A DNA stretch of 64,000 nucleotides, taken from the IMG/VR virus record IMGVR_UViG_3300032323_000817; one strand, written 5' to 3'. The stretch comes from an uncultured virus (IMG/VR IMGVR_UViG_3300032323_000817) (taxonomy: Duplodnaviria > Heunggongvirae > Uroviricota > Caudoviricetes). The first letter of the stretch is position 1. Every line of letters begins with the position of its first letter. The position numbers were made by a program, and so were the translations under genes. Of the stretch, positions 6,543 through 17,020 are shown piece after piece. Below the pieces are notes generated by a model. It was not told the DNA's origin. It ran no database searches and saw nothing but the letters and a program-made list of their open reading frames with translations.

Positions 6543-8552
6543 ATGTATCCTAATCTAGACAGTCCTGAATTCCTAATTAATGTACACAACCTCCCTGACA
6601 TAGGTTCAGAGGAGTATGATGCATTTTGGGAAAACGAGGACAAAAAGATTACTGAAGGTGTTACTGTCAATGGATTCTATTTCTCCCCTTTTATTTACTG
6701 GCACTTAAACTACTGGTCTATTTATGTAGACACTATGATAGGTAAGCGTCAAGTTCGTAAACTAGATAAGCCTCAATTGTGGGACACCTACCTAGCAGTA
6801 GATGAAACCATTCACAAAGCTGAGAATCACGAGGACGGAAAGAAAGGTGTTGTAATGGTAGGATCTCGACGTATCTCTAAGTCAGTTCTTACTTCTTCTT
6901 ACATGGCTCACAAAGCCATCACACAGAAGGGTTCTGATAACTTGATATCTGCGCTTAACCAACCTGACTTAAAAGTAATCACAGACTACGTAGACTTAGG
7001 TCTTAGAAACCTTCCTGACTATTTTAGATTTCCTCGTATTGAGGATGACTGGAAGAGACAGGTAACTTTAGGATTTAAAGATAAAAGAACTAACGCTCGT
7101 AATGAGTGGTCTAAGTTCCACGTACGAAACTTTGATGAAGGTAACAATACGGAAGCAGCGGCAGGTCTTACTTTGTCTTCGTTTCTTTTGGAAGAAGGAG
7201 GAAAAGGAAAGATCCTTTCTTGCTTAGCGGCAACTACTCCTTGTTTCGATAGTCCTTATGGATGGCGTTGTTCTCCTTTTGTAATTGGAACATCTGGAGA
7301 TATGACTAAGGCAGCTGACCTAGAAGAATTATTCAATAACCCTGAAGCCTATAATTTCCTCCCTGTAGAATCTAATGAGACAGGAAAGTCTTACGGACTC
7401 TTTATCCCAGGCACACGTTCTTTGAAAGTACCCAAGGAAGAAACTCCCTTAGGACTTTTCTTAGGTAAGGAAGAACCTTCTGAGTTAGATTTAATTAAGA
7501 TCTGGGTAGCAGATGAAGAGAAAGGAAAAGAACTTATTCTAAAGTCCAGAGAACAGACTAAGAAATCAAACGGATTAGAGGCTTACTTAAAAGAAGTAAT
7601 GTACTATCCTTTAAACCACGAAGAGTGTTTCTTAGAATTGTCTCAGAACATTTTCCCAGTAGACTTACTTCAGGAACAATTACAGAAACTAAGTGCTCAA
7701 GAAATCCAAGCAGACAATGTAGAACTCTACACTAATGCTGAAGGAAAGATCAGACATAAGTTTACAGACAAGAAGCCTGTTTCTAACTTCCCTGTTAAAC
7801 CATCTGATCCAATTGAGGGTTGTATACAGATTTGGGAATATCCTATCTCAGAAGCCCCCTATGGACTTTATACAGCAGGAACGGATCCATACAAACAATC
7901 ACAAGCTCACTACTCAACTTCTTTGGGATCTACTTACATTTATAAGAGAGTCCATAATTTATCAGGAGAAGGGTGGCAGAATATGGTTGTTGCTTGTTAT
8001 ACAGGTCGTCCTAAGAAGATTGAGACTTGGTATGAAAATACTAAGATGCTTCTTAAGTATTACAATGCTAAGAGTCTTTGTGAAAACATGGACTACGGTT
8101 TTATCCAGCACTGTGTAGATAAGAACGAATCTCCTAAGGTCCTAGAGAAGACACCTAAGTTCCTAAACGATATCCACCCTAACTCTACAGTTAATCGTGA
8201 CTACGGTATTCACATGACTAAAGACATTAAAAACTATCTGATGTCTCTTATCATTGAATACATTACAGAAGTCGTAGACGTAGAAAGAGATGAGGAGGGA
8301 ACTATTGTAAAAGAACGCTTAGGGGTTACTAGAATACTAGATCCTGTCTTAATTAAAGAGTTAATCAAGTTCACACCTAAATTAAACGTTGACCGAGTTA
8401 TATCTTTTGGACTAACTCTAGCTATGGCTAAGAGTCTTACTACTCAAGTTGTAATCTCTAACGCTAGTGATGACAATAGAATCCAAGCTTACTTTAGGGA
8501 AAGAAAAGGAAACTCACTATTCCGTACATCTTCTTCTCCCTTCCGTTATTAA
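6543..8552 (+). CDS. terL: Terminase large subunit
   Basis: Walker A-like GSRRISKS, Walker B FLLEEGGK, motif III IGTSG, nuclease motifs AGTDPY and NVDRVISF. Confidence 0.93.
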   Translation: MYPNLDSPEFLINVHNLPDIGSEEYDAFWENEDKKITEGVTVNGFYFSPFIYWHLNYWSIYVDTMIGKRQVRKLDKPQLWDTYLAVDETIHKAENHEDGKKGVVMVGSRRISKSVLTSSYMAHKAITQKGSDNLISALNQPDLKVITDYVDLGLRNLPDYFRFPRIEDDWKRQVTLGFKDKRTNARNEWSKFHVRNFDEGNNTEAAAGLTLSSFLLEEGGKGKILSCLAATTPCFDSPYGWRCSPFVIGTSGDMTKAADLEELFNNPEAYNFLPVESNETGKSYGLFIPGTRSLKVPKEETPLGLFLGKEEPSELDLIKIWVADEEKGKELILKSREQTKKSNGLEAYLKEVMYYPLNHEECFLELSQNIFPVDLLQEQLQKLSAQEIQADNVELYTNAEGKIRHKFTDKKPVSNFPVKPSDPIEGCIQIWEYPISEAPYGLYTAGTDPYKQSQAHYSTSLGSTYIYKRVHNLSGEGWQNMVVACYTGRPKKIETWYENTKMLLKYYNAKSLCENMDYGFIQHCVDKNESPKVLEKTPKFLNDIHPNSTVNRDYGIHMTKDIKNYLMSLIIEYITEVVDVERDEEGTIVKERLGVTRILDPVLIKELIKFTPKLNVDRVISFGLTLAMAKSLTTQVVISNASDDNRIQAYFRERKGNSLFRTSSSPFRY

Positions 8553-8577
8553 CTAAAACTAAAACAAATATACTAAA

Positions 8578-11031
8578 ATGATTATTGAAGCATTTAAAGA
8601 GCATGTAGACCCAGTAAATCATGCCTACTTCTACCCAGAGCAATTTGTAAGCTTTGAGTATAAGCAGTCTGAGAAGTGGATCAAATCTACCATGGACTAT
8701 TTTGCAAATATTGCATTTGCACAATATAAACAGAACGTAGAGTACAGAAAGAACTATCGTTTGCTTAACGGTGAATTTAACTTTGCTGACTACACAAACG
8801 TAGCTGACTACCAAGAACTAATCAGTTACTTGGAAGATGTGCCTAACCAAGATCCTGATGTACCTCAGCACTTAAAGCACTATCCAATAGTTAACCCACC
8901 TATCAATCAATTGAAAGGTGAATTGATTAACCGTCCTCACAAATACAAAGTAAAGGCTGTAGATGATGAGGCTATCAATGAGACTATTGATTTTAGAACT
9001 GATTTGCTTAAGGAACACTTCTTACAAAACTTACAAGCACAACTAGAAGGACAGGAGATTGATCCTGAGCAAAGAGCTCAAATGGAACAAGACATCCAAA
9101 ACAAAATCTTGGACTACACTTCTGTTGCTGAAGAGTGGGGTAACAAAACTCTTAATGCTCTTAAGTACCACTTTAATTTTAGAGAAAAGTCTCAACAATC
9201 CTTCTTAGATTTCTTGGTAACAGGTAAAGAGTTTCACCACTTCTACCCTGATAACTCTAGAATAGGCTTTAATTATAAAGTAGAGAATCCATCTAACGTA
9301 TGGTACTTGGCTAATCGTAATGCTCAATACACTTCTGACTGTTGGGCACTAGGACTTATTGAAGTCCTTTCTATGACTGAGATCGTAGAACGCTACAACC
9401 TTACAGGAGAAGAAGTAGAACATTTGAAAGTTCGCTCTTTGCAGAACTTAAGAAACAACGAATACTCTCCTATGGCTCCTGCACTTCCAGATCCTAACGA
9501 TCCTCTGTGGCAGTTGACATTTGAGAACGTAGGTGACTTCGCTAACGGAGGTATTGACCATAACGTATTCTCATTTAACTCTCAGCATGCTTACACAGTA
9601 GTAACCGCCTACTGGCAGTCTAAGAAAAAGATCTTCAAAAGAACTTACCTAGACGAAGAAGGGTACCAACAAGAAATGTTTGTATCTGAAGAATACAAGA
9701 TGGACAAAACTCTAGGAGACATCTCTGTAGAGGAACTTTGGATTAACGAATGGTGGAGAGGTATCAAGATTGGTGCTAATATCTACGTAAACATCGAGCC
9801 CTTAGAGTTTATCCAAGATTGTCCCTTAGTAGGAGTAATTAACACTTCTCGTAACACTCAAGGTAAATCTCTCTTAGATCTTCTTAAGCCTTACCAAGTT
9901 CTTTACAACATTTGTATGAACCAATTGTGGGAATTGCTAGAAAAAGAAATCGGTGTAGTATTCTTGGGTGACCTTAAGGTTGTTCCTAAGAAAGACTCTC
10001 AGGATCCTATCGAAACAATGTTGTGGAATGCTAAGAACAGAGGTACTCTCTTGATTGACACCTCAATCGAGAACACAGGAGGAGCTGTACAGTTCAACCA
10101 ATTCTCTCGTTTGGATCTTACACGTTCTCAAGAAATTCAAGCACGTATCCAATTAGCTCAACAACTTCGCCTAGAAGCCTATGAGTTGGTAGGTCTTACT
10201 CGTCAACGTCTAGGTAACTCTCAAGCATCTGATACAGCAACCGCAGCTAACAATGCTTTGATTCAATCCTTTGCTCAGACAGAGACTTGGTTTGCTTGGC
10301 ATGACAATGTACTTCAGAAAGTATATCAGACTATCCTAGATATGTCTCAGTACATTGAATTGCAGAAACCTACTTCTACGCTTAACTATTTGAACTCTGA
10401 GTTAGAGAACGTATTCCTAAGAGTAAGTAAGAACGAACTACTTCACGAACTATTTGTGTTTGTTTCTTCTTATGCAGAAGATAAAGTAACCCTAGAACAG
10501 TTAAAGCAATTGGCTCAACCTGCTATGCAGAATGGAGCAGAGCTTTCTGAGATGGTAGATTTGTTTACTGCTAACTCTGAGAGAAGCCTTCGTAAGACTT
10601 TGGGTGATGTTCAGAAACGTAAAGAGGCTATTCGTCAACAAGAGCAAGCTATCAAGCAACAAGAGTTGCAACAGCAACAAGCACAGTTCCAACAGAAGAT
10701 GGAAATGGAAGCAGCTCAGAAAGCAGAAGATGCACGCAGAGAAGATATGAACAAGCAGCTTGATCGTGAGAACAGACTTCAGGTAGTACAGCTTCAAGGT
10801 ATTGCTAACGAAGGTTCTTATAATCCTGAAGTAGATACCACAGGTCTTTTAATTGAACAAACTAAAATAGCTCAAGATATTTCTAAGCAAACTTTCGAGA
10901 AAGTAACTAAGAATAAAGAGCTCAGTTTGAAGGAGAAAGAGCTGTCTCTCAAGGAGAAAGACATCGACACTAAACTAAAAATAGCTCAAACAAACAAAAA
11001 CAAATACGATTCAAGCTCAAAAAAGAAATAA
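8578..11031 (+). CDS. Portal protein (crAss-like)
   Basis: 817 aa directly after terL; HYPIVNPPINQLKGE and WINEWWRGIKIG motifs; Q-rich coiled-coil C-terminal barrel. Confidence 0.9.
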   Translation: MIIEAFKEHVDPVNHAYFYPEQFVSFEYKQSEKWIKSTMDYFANIAFAQYKQNVEYRKNYRLLNGEFNFADYTNVADYQELISYLEDVPNQDPDVPQHLKHYPIVNPPINQLKGELINRPHKYKVKAVDDEAINETIDFRTDLLKEHFLQNLQAQLEGQEIDPEQRAQMEQDIQNKILDYTSVAEEWGNKTLNALKYHFNFREKSQQSFLDFLVTGKEFHHFYPDNSRIGFNYKVENPSNVWYLANRNAQYTSDCWALGLIEVLSMTEIVERYNLTGEEVEHLKVRSLQNLRNNEYSPMAPALPDPNDPLWQLTFENVGDFANGGIDHNVFSFNSQHAYTVVTAYWQSKKKIFKRTYLDEEGYQQEMFVSEEYKMDKTLGDISVEELWINEWWRGIKIGANIYVNIEPLEFIQDCPLVGVINTSRNTQGKSLLDLLKPYQVLYNICMNQLWELLEKEIGVVFLGDLKVVPKKDSQDPIETMLWNAKNRGTLLIDTSIENTGGAVQFNQFSRLDLTRSQEIQARIQLAQQLRLEAYELVGLTRQRLGNSQASDTATAANNALIQSFAQTETWFAWHDNVLQKVYQTILDMSQYIELQKPTSTLNYLNSELENVFLRVSKNELLHELFVFVSSYAEDKVTLEQLKQLAQPAMQNGAELSEMVDLFTANSERSLRKTLGDVQKRKEAIRQQEQAIKQQELQQQQAQFQQKMEMEAAQKAEDARREDMNKQLDRENRLQVVQLQGIANEGSYNPEVDTTGLLIEQTKIAQDISKQTFEKVTKNKELSLKEKELSLKEKDIDTKLKIAQTNKNKYDSSSKKK

Positions 11032-11040
11032 AATGAGCCT

Positions 11041-11078
11041 AAAATGGGGGGTTTTTGAGCTTCAAGCCCCCCTATTTT
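11041..11078 (+). terminator. Intrinsic terminator-like hairpin
   Basis: AAAATGGGGGG...CCCCCCTATTTT inverted repeat after the portal gene. Confidence 0.7.
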
Positions 11079-11115
11079 AACACTTTGTATATACCGTATC
11101 ATAAATAATTAATCT

Positions 11116-11146
11116 CTTGTGTTAATTTTTTAAAATATTACTTTTG
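11116..11146 (+). promoter_or_regulatory. Promoter CTTG-N19-TACTTTTG for scaffold/MCP
   Basis: Same architecture and spacing as the other promoters in the window. Confidence 0.7.
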
Positions 11147-11167
11147 AATTAAACCAAACTAACCATT

Positions 11168-12325
11168 ATGCCTATTGACAGTTCATTAGAGAACTTAGAG
11201 TTCTTTGACAGTTTTTCCGTGGATGATCCTTTTGAGGATGCACCAGAAGATCCCAATGCCAACGTCAAACCTGACATCTTAAATGGGGAAGATTACGATC
11301 CCCTGGCTGATGATACCGAAGAACCTGCTGGTTCTGATGACTCACCAGAAGATGTTGATGATTTGCCTAACCCTAAAAAGAAAGCTCCTGCCCCTATAGA
11401 AGAGGAGGAAGAAGAGGAAGAGGTTAATCTAGAAGACGATGAAGAAGAAGGAGATGAAAACTATTTCGAGATTTTCGGTAAAGGTCTTGTTAAAGCAGGA
11501 ATGCTTAACGTAGAAGACGACGAAGATATCGAATGGAATGAACAAACCTTCTTAGCTAAGATGAATGAAACCATCGAAGACAAAGCTTGGAATCAACTAG
11601 AGCAACTAGCAACTGAGACCTACGGAGAAGCAGGAGTACAGATGATTGAAGATATCTTCATCAACAAAGTCCCTGTTCAAGAATACCTACAGATGTTTTC
11701 AAACGAGCAGATTGTAGAGAATGTAGACTTGAGTGTAGAAGCAAACCAAGAAAGAGTTTTCCGTTTGTATCTAGCTAAAACAGGAATGGACGAAGATGAG
11801 ATTACAGATCAACTTAACTACGCTAGAGACAATGATCGCTTAGAAGCATACTCTCAGAAATACCACGGTAAACTGGTAGAGAAGATGCAACAGGAAAGAG
11901 CAACACTCGCACAAGAGAGTGAAGCACGAGTACAGGCGATGAGACAGAAAGAAGAAGAAAGAGAACAGTTATATGCAGACGTACTTGATGGAGCAATTGC
12001 TTCAGGTGCTATCGAAGGATACCCAATCAACGAACAGTCTGCAAGTGAACTTTTTGACTTTGTTCTTTCTAAGCCACACGTTCTTCCTAACGGCCAACGT
12101 ATTAGTGACTTTGAATACAAACTAGCTAAAATGCGTCAAGAAGATCCTAGTAAGTTCTTAGCTGTAGCAAAACTAGTTCAAAGCGATTTGGACCTGACTC
12201 CTGTAAAAAGAAAAGCTGTAACAGAAGAAACTAATTCTCTGTTTAACAATCTGAAAACTAAGAGCAAGAAGTCTTCCCCTTCTAACAAGTCGAACGAAGA
12301 TGTATTCTCAAAGTACTTTAAATAA
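11168..12325 (+). CDS. Scaffolding-like structural protein (gene between portal and MCP)
   Basis: Very acidic disordered N-terminus and helical C-terminus; crAss-like synteny. Confidence 0.7.
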   Translation: MPIDSSLENLEFFDSFSVDDPFEDAPEDPNANVKPDILNGEDYDPLADDTEEPAGSDDSPEDVDDLPNPKKKAPAPIEEEEEEEEVNLEDDEEEGDENYFEIFGKGLVKAGMLNVEDDEDIEWNEQTFLAKMNETIEDKAWNQLEQLATETYGEAGVQMIEDIFINKVPVQEYLQMFSNEQIVENVDLSVEANQERVFRLYLAKTGMDEDEITDQLNYARDNDRLEAYSQKYHGKLVEKMQQERATLAQESEARVQAMRQKEEEREQLYADVLDGAIASGAIEGYPINEQSASELFDFVLSKPHVLPNGQRISDFEYKLAKMRQEDPSKFLAVAKLVQSDLDLTPVKRKAVTEETNSLFNNLKTKSKKSSPSNKSNEDVFSKYFK

Positions 12326-12354
12326 ACAAAACAAAACAAAAATAAATTACTACT

Positions 12355-13884
12355 ATGCCTAATCAAAGTATTCCAAGGGTTAACGGGAGAGTTATAGCTA
12401 ACGCCCACATGACCAGCTCATTCTATTCTAAGAATGGTTTGGGTAAATTGACAGACAAGAATTTTGTTGAAACTATGTTGCGCACTAAGCCTGACCAGTA
12501 TGACAAAATGATGATCCGTCTTTTCACTGACACTAAATTGTACTCTAACGATTTGATCGACCTAGTTATGAAGAGCGGTAAGCCTTTCATGGTTAACGAT
12601 CCTAACGGTGTTTTCACCTACAAAATCAAGAAGCGTGCTGAATTGCCTAAGGTTATTGTTAACTTGGCTTCTGCAATTGCTAAACCTGGTATTGATGGTC
12701 AAGAGTTCGAAATCGTGTTTGACAAAAACGTATTCGTTGTAAACGACATTATCACTGCACATCGTTATGAGCAAGAAACTCAGATCCAAGTTGTAGCTGA
12801 AGGTGAAAAGTATCAGAACGGATTTAAGTACCGTGCTCGTGCAATTGGTGCTTCTAGCTCTGATTTCGTTAACCAACGTTTCTTGCAAGTAGGTACTGAG
12901 TACTTCAAGATTGGTAACATCTTGGGTGAGTACACCACTTCATTCTCTAGCTTGGGATTGTTCGATGGTAACTTGGAAGTTATGGCTGATGTATTGCAAC
13001 AGTATGGTGTTGAACACACTATCACTGACTGGGCTGATGCAACCAAATTGGGTATGCAAACTGACGCTTCAGGTAATCCTTTGGACATCACTTACTACTC
13101 TGTAACTGATCCTATGGCTATGGGCGAAAAGACCAAGATTGTTGGTTGGGAGCCTACAGTATCTCGTTTGTTGCGTATGGAAATGATGCGTATGAAGGCC
13201 AACACTTTGATGTGGGGTCGTCAAGGTAACGCTAAAGATGAAAAAGGTCGTCCAACTCGTGCTAAGCAAGGTTTGTGGCAACAACTTCACTTGGGTAACG
13301 TTATCTACTATGATCGTGGTCAGTTCTCTTTGAACTTGATTCGTGCTGCTGTTGGAGACTTGTTCTACAACCGTGTATTGATCAAAGATCGTAACGTTAA
13401 AATCTACACTAACCGTTCTGGTATGGAATTGGCAGCTACTGCTATCCGTAAAGACTTCAACGGTCAGAACTTCATGGTAGACGCAGGTAAGTTCATGGAT
13501 GGTAAAGATCGCTTGAAGCAAGGTTATGCTTTCCAATTCGATCACTTCATGACTACTGAAACTGGTCCAGTTGAATTCGTAGAATTGGAGCAATTGAATG
13601 AGCATGCTACTTTCTTGGAGTTGGGTCCTAACAAGAAGACTCCTCCGATCTTCATCATTTTGGATATCAGTGGTCAAGATGACGCTGGAATCCGTGAAGT
13701 GAAATTGGCTACTCGTCCTAACATGTACTATCAGTATATCCCTGGTTCAGTAGGATTCGGTTCTCAACAAACTGTTGTTGCTAGCAAAGATCCTTATTCA
13801 ACCTATATGATGAAAGACTTCGCTGGTATCTTCTTGGAAGATCCTACCAAGACTGTAATCATTAAAGAATTCCCCCGTATCTAA
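12355..13884 (+). CDS. Major capsid protein (crAss-like, HK97 fold)
   Basis: 509 aa; strongly biased codon usage (CGT, TTG, GGT, AAC) typical of high expression; motifs LMWGRQG and GLWQQL; position after portal and scaffold. Confidence 0.9.
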   Translation: MPNQSIPRVNGRVIANAHMTSSFYSKNGLGKLTDKNFVETMLRTKPDQYDKMMIRLFTDTKLYSNDLIDLVMKSGKPFMVNDPNGVFTYKIKKRAELPKVIVNLASAIAKPGIDGQEFEIVFDKNVFVVNDIITAHRYEQETQIQVVAEGEKYQNGFKYRARAIGASSSDFVNQRFLQVGTEYFKIGNILGEYTTSFSSLGLFDGNLEVMADVLQQYGVEHTITDWADATKLGMQTDASGNPLDITYYSVTDPMAMGEKTKIVGWEPTVSRLLRMEMMRMKANTLMWGRQGNAKDEKGRPTRAKQGLWQQLHLGNVIYYDRGQFSLNLIRAAVGDLFYNRVLIKDRNVKIYTNRSGMELAATAIRKDFNGQNFMVDAGKFMDGKDRLKQGYAFQFDHFMTTETGPVEFVELEQLNEHATFLELGPNKKTPPIFIILDISGQDDAGIREVKLATRPNMYYQYIPGSVGFGSQQTVVASKDPYSTYMMKDFAGIFLEDPTKTVIIKEFPRI

Positions 13885-13899
13885 TTAGCGGATCTATAA

Positions 13900-13923
13900 A
13901 GGAGGGGTGTAAAAGCCCCTCCT
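13900..13923 (+). other. Strong hairpin after MCP lacking a U-tract
   Basis: AGGAGGGGT-GTAAAA-GCCCCTCCT followed by AAATAG. Confidence 0.6.
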
Positions 13924-13965
13924 AAATAGATAAGATTAGAAAAAAAAACCAAAAACCAAACCAAC

Positions 13966-14904
13966 ATGAGTAATAACAACACAAAGGGTGTGCGCATTAT
14001 TCGCCCTTACAAAAGAGAACCTGCTAACTTACGCACGTTAGAAGGATCATTGTACCAGAATGGATATGCATTCATTCCAGGAACAACAAGAAAGTTTTAT
14101 CCTCGTGTAGATTCACGTGGAGTTATTAGAACAGGACTAGACGAAAACTCTCCAAAGATTAGAGCGATTTTCGATCCTAAAGTCAAAGAAGCTGAAGTAC
14201 AAAGAATCAAGCAATTGAAGGACTACTACGAAGCAATCTTGGATGAGTCTCTGGAACCTAATAGCACGTTCTATGACGAAATGAAAGAAAACGGGTATAC
14301 TCTAGAAGATGGTGAAAACATCTTTAACATGGAGAATCCTCGTGAAGCTGTAAACTTCTATTGGATTATGGAAACCGATATGGTAGCCAATTCATTAGAT
14401 GACATCGAAAGCGGAAAAGTAGACACCTCAATTGTAAAGTTTTATGTTTACAATGGAGAAGTGGAAACCAAGACAACCTTCGAGCGTAAGAAGAAGATTA
14501 ATAGCGCTATTGCATCTCTTGATAAGATGACTGCAGTTAAGCGTAAAAAAATCCAAAAGCTTATCGGCTTAGGTTTGCCAATGGATAGTACAGAAGAAGA
14601 AGTTTATAATGCTATAGACGAGTTCTTACGTACACCTGCTAGTGCAATGGACAGAGATCCTATCGAACAGTTCACAAAGATCACTTCTTATAGTGATGAT
14701 TTGTTGGATGTTAAGGCTCTTGTTAAAGATCTAGTAGATAAAAACATAGTGAGAATTAAAGGTTCTATCGTATATGAAGGTGAGCATGTGTGGGCTAAGT
14801 CAATTGAAGAGTTTGAACTTTTCTTGACAGATCCTAAGAACACCGAAGAGTATGATGCCTTTAAAGACAAGTTAAAGAATAAAGCAAGAATTGACGCTCT
14901 CTAA
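13966..14904 (+). CDS. Conserved crAss-like virion protein downstream of MCP
   Basis: 312-aa ORF in the conserved capsid block; call from synteny. Confidence 0.6.
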   Translation: MSNNNTKGVRIIRPYKREPANLRTLEGSLYQNGYAFIPGTTRKFYPRVDSRGVIRTGLDENSPKIRAIFDPKVKEAEVQRIKQLKDYYEAILDESLEPNSTFYDEMKENGYTLEDGENIFNMENPREAVNFYWIMETDMVANSLDDIESGKVDTSIVKFYVYNGEVETKTTFERKKKINSAIASLDKMTAVKRKKIQKLIGLGLPMDSTEEEVYNAIDEFLRTPASAMDRDPIEQFTKITSYSDDLLDVKALVKDLVDKNIVRIKGSIVYEGEHVWAKSIEEFELFLTDPKNTEEYDAFKDKLKNKARIDAL

Positions 14905-14916
14905 TAAAAACAAAAT

Positions 14917-15633
14917 ATGATCCCAGTTGAGGAACTCATCTATGAGTTTAAACTAACCCTAAATAAAGTCAACCGTCAGGATAACGTAGATATCCCGATT
15001 GAAGACATTATGGTTTACCTTAACAAGGCTCAGATTAGTTGGGTTAAAACAAAACTTAATCCAAACAATGTTTACAGAGTAGGGTACGATTCTATCAGAA
15101 AGCGGATTGATGACCTACAAGTCTTAAAACAATCTAACGTTCTTTTAAAGCCAAACAAAACAAACGATCTCTTTCACATTGGCTATGATTGCCCTTTGAA
15201 AGATGCAGTAAACTATATGTTCTATGTTTCGTCTTATGCCATGGCTAAGCAGCAGAAATGCTCTGAGCCAATAAGTGTAGACTTAATTAGACATGGAGAA
15301 CTTACTACTAAGTATCTAGATGATAATTACAACCCTTCGTTTAAGTGGAGAACTACAATAGCCACACTGGGGAGTGATAATTTGACAGTCTATACTGATG
15401 GTAAGTTTACAATTGAACAGGTATACATTACATACTTGCGTTATCCCCTTAGCATTGATGTCCAGGGTTACGTAAAGTTTGATGGAAGTAACTCTGTTAA
15501 TCAAGACTGTGAACTTCCTGAGTACGCTAAGTCAGACATTGTCGACCTAGCTGTAAAATTTGCTGCACAATCAAATGACAACCAAGCACAAGCAGTGTTT
15601 GCTGAAGATCGCTTAACTAAAAACTCTGAATAA
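14917..15633 (+). CDS. Tail ring (head-tail connector) protein
   Basis: YLNKAQ, KRIDDLQVL, YITYLRYP and CELPE...IVDLAV patterns typical of crAss ring/tubular proteins. Confidence 0.7.
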   Translation: MIPVEELIYEFKLTLNKVNRQDNVDIPIEDIMVYLNKAQISWVKTKLNPNNVYRVGYDSIRKRIDDLQVLKQSNVLLKPNKTNDLFHIGYDCPLKDAVNYMFYVSSYAMAKQQKCSEPISVDLIRHGELTTKYLDDNYNPSFKWRTTIATLGSDNLTVYTDGKFTIEQVYITYLRYPLSIDVQGYVKFDGSNSVNQDCELPEYAKSDIVDLAVKFAAQSNDNQAQAVFAEDRLTKNSE

Positions 15634-15644
15634 AAAATAAAATT

Positions 15645-16964
15645 ATGAATCACAAAATCACACAAATTTTCGTGCCTACCTCAGTAAACACTAGTTTGAG
15701 TACTGACGCACTTACTAAGCAGGTGTTGGGTATTTATAACCCTAACACTTTTTCTAACATTGGTGGTACTGCTGCTGATGCTGATTTCTTGGTAGCTATT
15801 GGTTCTGGAAGCACCAAATATGGTTCTTTCAAAACTTCTCCTATCAAGGTTTCTAACATTATCTCTGCAGTTAAAACTGTAGCTGACACTAGTGTTAAGC
15901 AACAAATCACCTACATCGGTTTTGACGAAGTAAACGACAGCAAGACTCCTTCTTTCGCTTGCGATGAAGAGTACGTTGTTACTTTGAAGATTGACGAATA
16001 CTGGAGCAAAGGTATTTTCCAACCTATGATCCAAGAGTCAGTTCGTGTTAAAACTGCTTGCTGCGCTGATTGTTCAGGTGGATGTGACTCTTTGGGTTGC
16101 TCTACTTACATGAGTGAAGTTGCTGACAAGATCAATGCTTCTCCTTTGTTGGGTAAATATGTAGTTGCTACTTATGTTTACAAAGGTTCTTTGCCTACCT
16201 ACAAGTGGACTTTGACTTACAAAGATGCTGGTGACTCTACTGCAGAAACTGCTGTATTGACTACCTTGCGTTCAGTTTACGCTTCTTACGTAACTACCCC
16301 TTCTTCTGATATCGTTATCACTTCTGATACAGATGGTGATTCTGATGCAGATTCATTGGGTAACACCATGTACGAGTTGACTCCTTTGGCTTCTGTAACT
16401 AGCTTGCCTAACTTTAACGGAGTTGCTTGGGAAAAAGTATTGGTATCTGCTGGTTCAGTAACCGCTTGTGGTGTTAAGATTGAAGGTAAAGTATTGGATG
16501 AATTCGGAAACGCTTGTGTTCCTGATGCAGTTCCTTACGTATTCAACTTGGTACGTTTCAAGGTGAACGTTCATGAAGGTCCTTACAACACTCAAGATTT
16601 CGATATCGAAAACTTCTGTGCTGCTATCCCTGTAACCACTACTCAAGATATTAAGTATCCTTTGGGTGTAGGTGTTGCTATGGCAGAAATGGAGCGTCAC
16701 TACTTCACTAACAACTTGCCTGCTACTGCTGATGCTCGTCGTTACTGGAACCCTATTTACAACGAAGATTCTAACGGTTTCTTGTATGTAAATAGTGCTA
16801 CTACCTACGACATGTACGAGATCACTTACATTGAGCCTTCTCCAATTGGTTTCGAAAAGAAGACCGAGAACGTTCACTCTGTAGTTATCTTGGCTGCTTC
16901 TGGTGTGACTGCTGCTGTTACAACTGCGTTGAACAACGTATTGCCCACTAGTCTCCACGTCTAA
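15645..16964 (+). CDS. Auxiliary capsid / abundant structural protein
   Basis: High-expression codon bias like MCP; beta-rich; followed by a terminator; crAss-like synteny. Confidence 0.6.
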   Translation: MNHKITQIFVPTSVNTSLSTDALTKQVLGIYNPNTFSNIGGTAADADFLVAIGSGSTKYGSFKTSPIKVSNIISAVKTVADTSVKQQITYIGFDEVNDSKTPSFACDEEYVVTLKIDEYWSKGIFQPMIQESVRVKTACCADCSGGCDSLGCSTYMSEVADKINASPLLGKYVVATYVYKGSLPTYKWTLTYKDAGDSTAETAVLTTLRSVYASYVTTPSSDIVITSDTDGDSDADSLGNTMYELTPLASVTSLPNFNGVAWEKVLVSAGSVTACGVKIEGKVLDEFGNACVPDAVPYVFNLVRFKVNVHEGPYNTQDFDIENFCAAIPVTTTQDIKYPLGVGVAMAEMERHYFTNNLPATADARRYWNPIYNEDSNGFLYVNSATTYDMYEITYIEPSPIGFEKKTENVHSVVILAASGVTAAVTTALNNVLPTSLHV

Positions 16965-16971
16965 TCTAAAT

Positions 16972-16998
16972 AGGGGAGACTAATCATCTCCCCTTTTT
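16972..16998 (+). terminator. Intrinsic terminator
   Basis: AGGGGAGA-CTAATCA-TCTCCCCT-TTTT. Confidence 0.8.
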
Positions 16999-17020
16999 AA
17001 CCTTTAATCAAAATAAAAAA

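Noticed and set aside
6543..13884. Introns or inteins in terL, portal or MCP
   Set aside because: ORFs are continuous and of ordinary length, with no intein C...HN motifs or embedded endonuclease seen
12423..16958. Long antisense ORFs (for example 13069-13677 and 16455-16958)
   Set aside because: Shadow frames of strongly codon-biased MCP and auxiliary capsid genes, with no promoter or protein-like features
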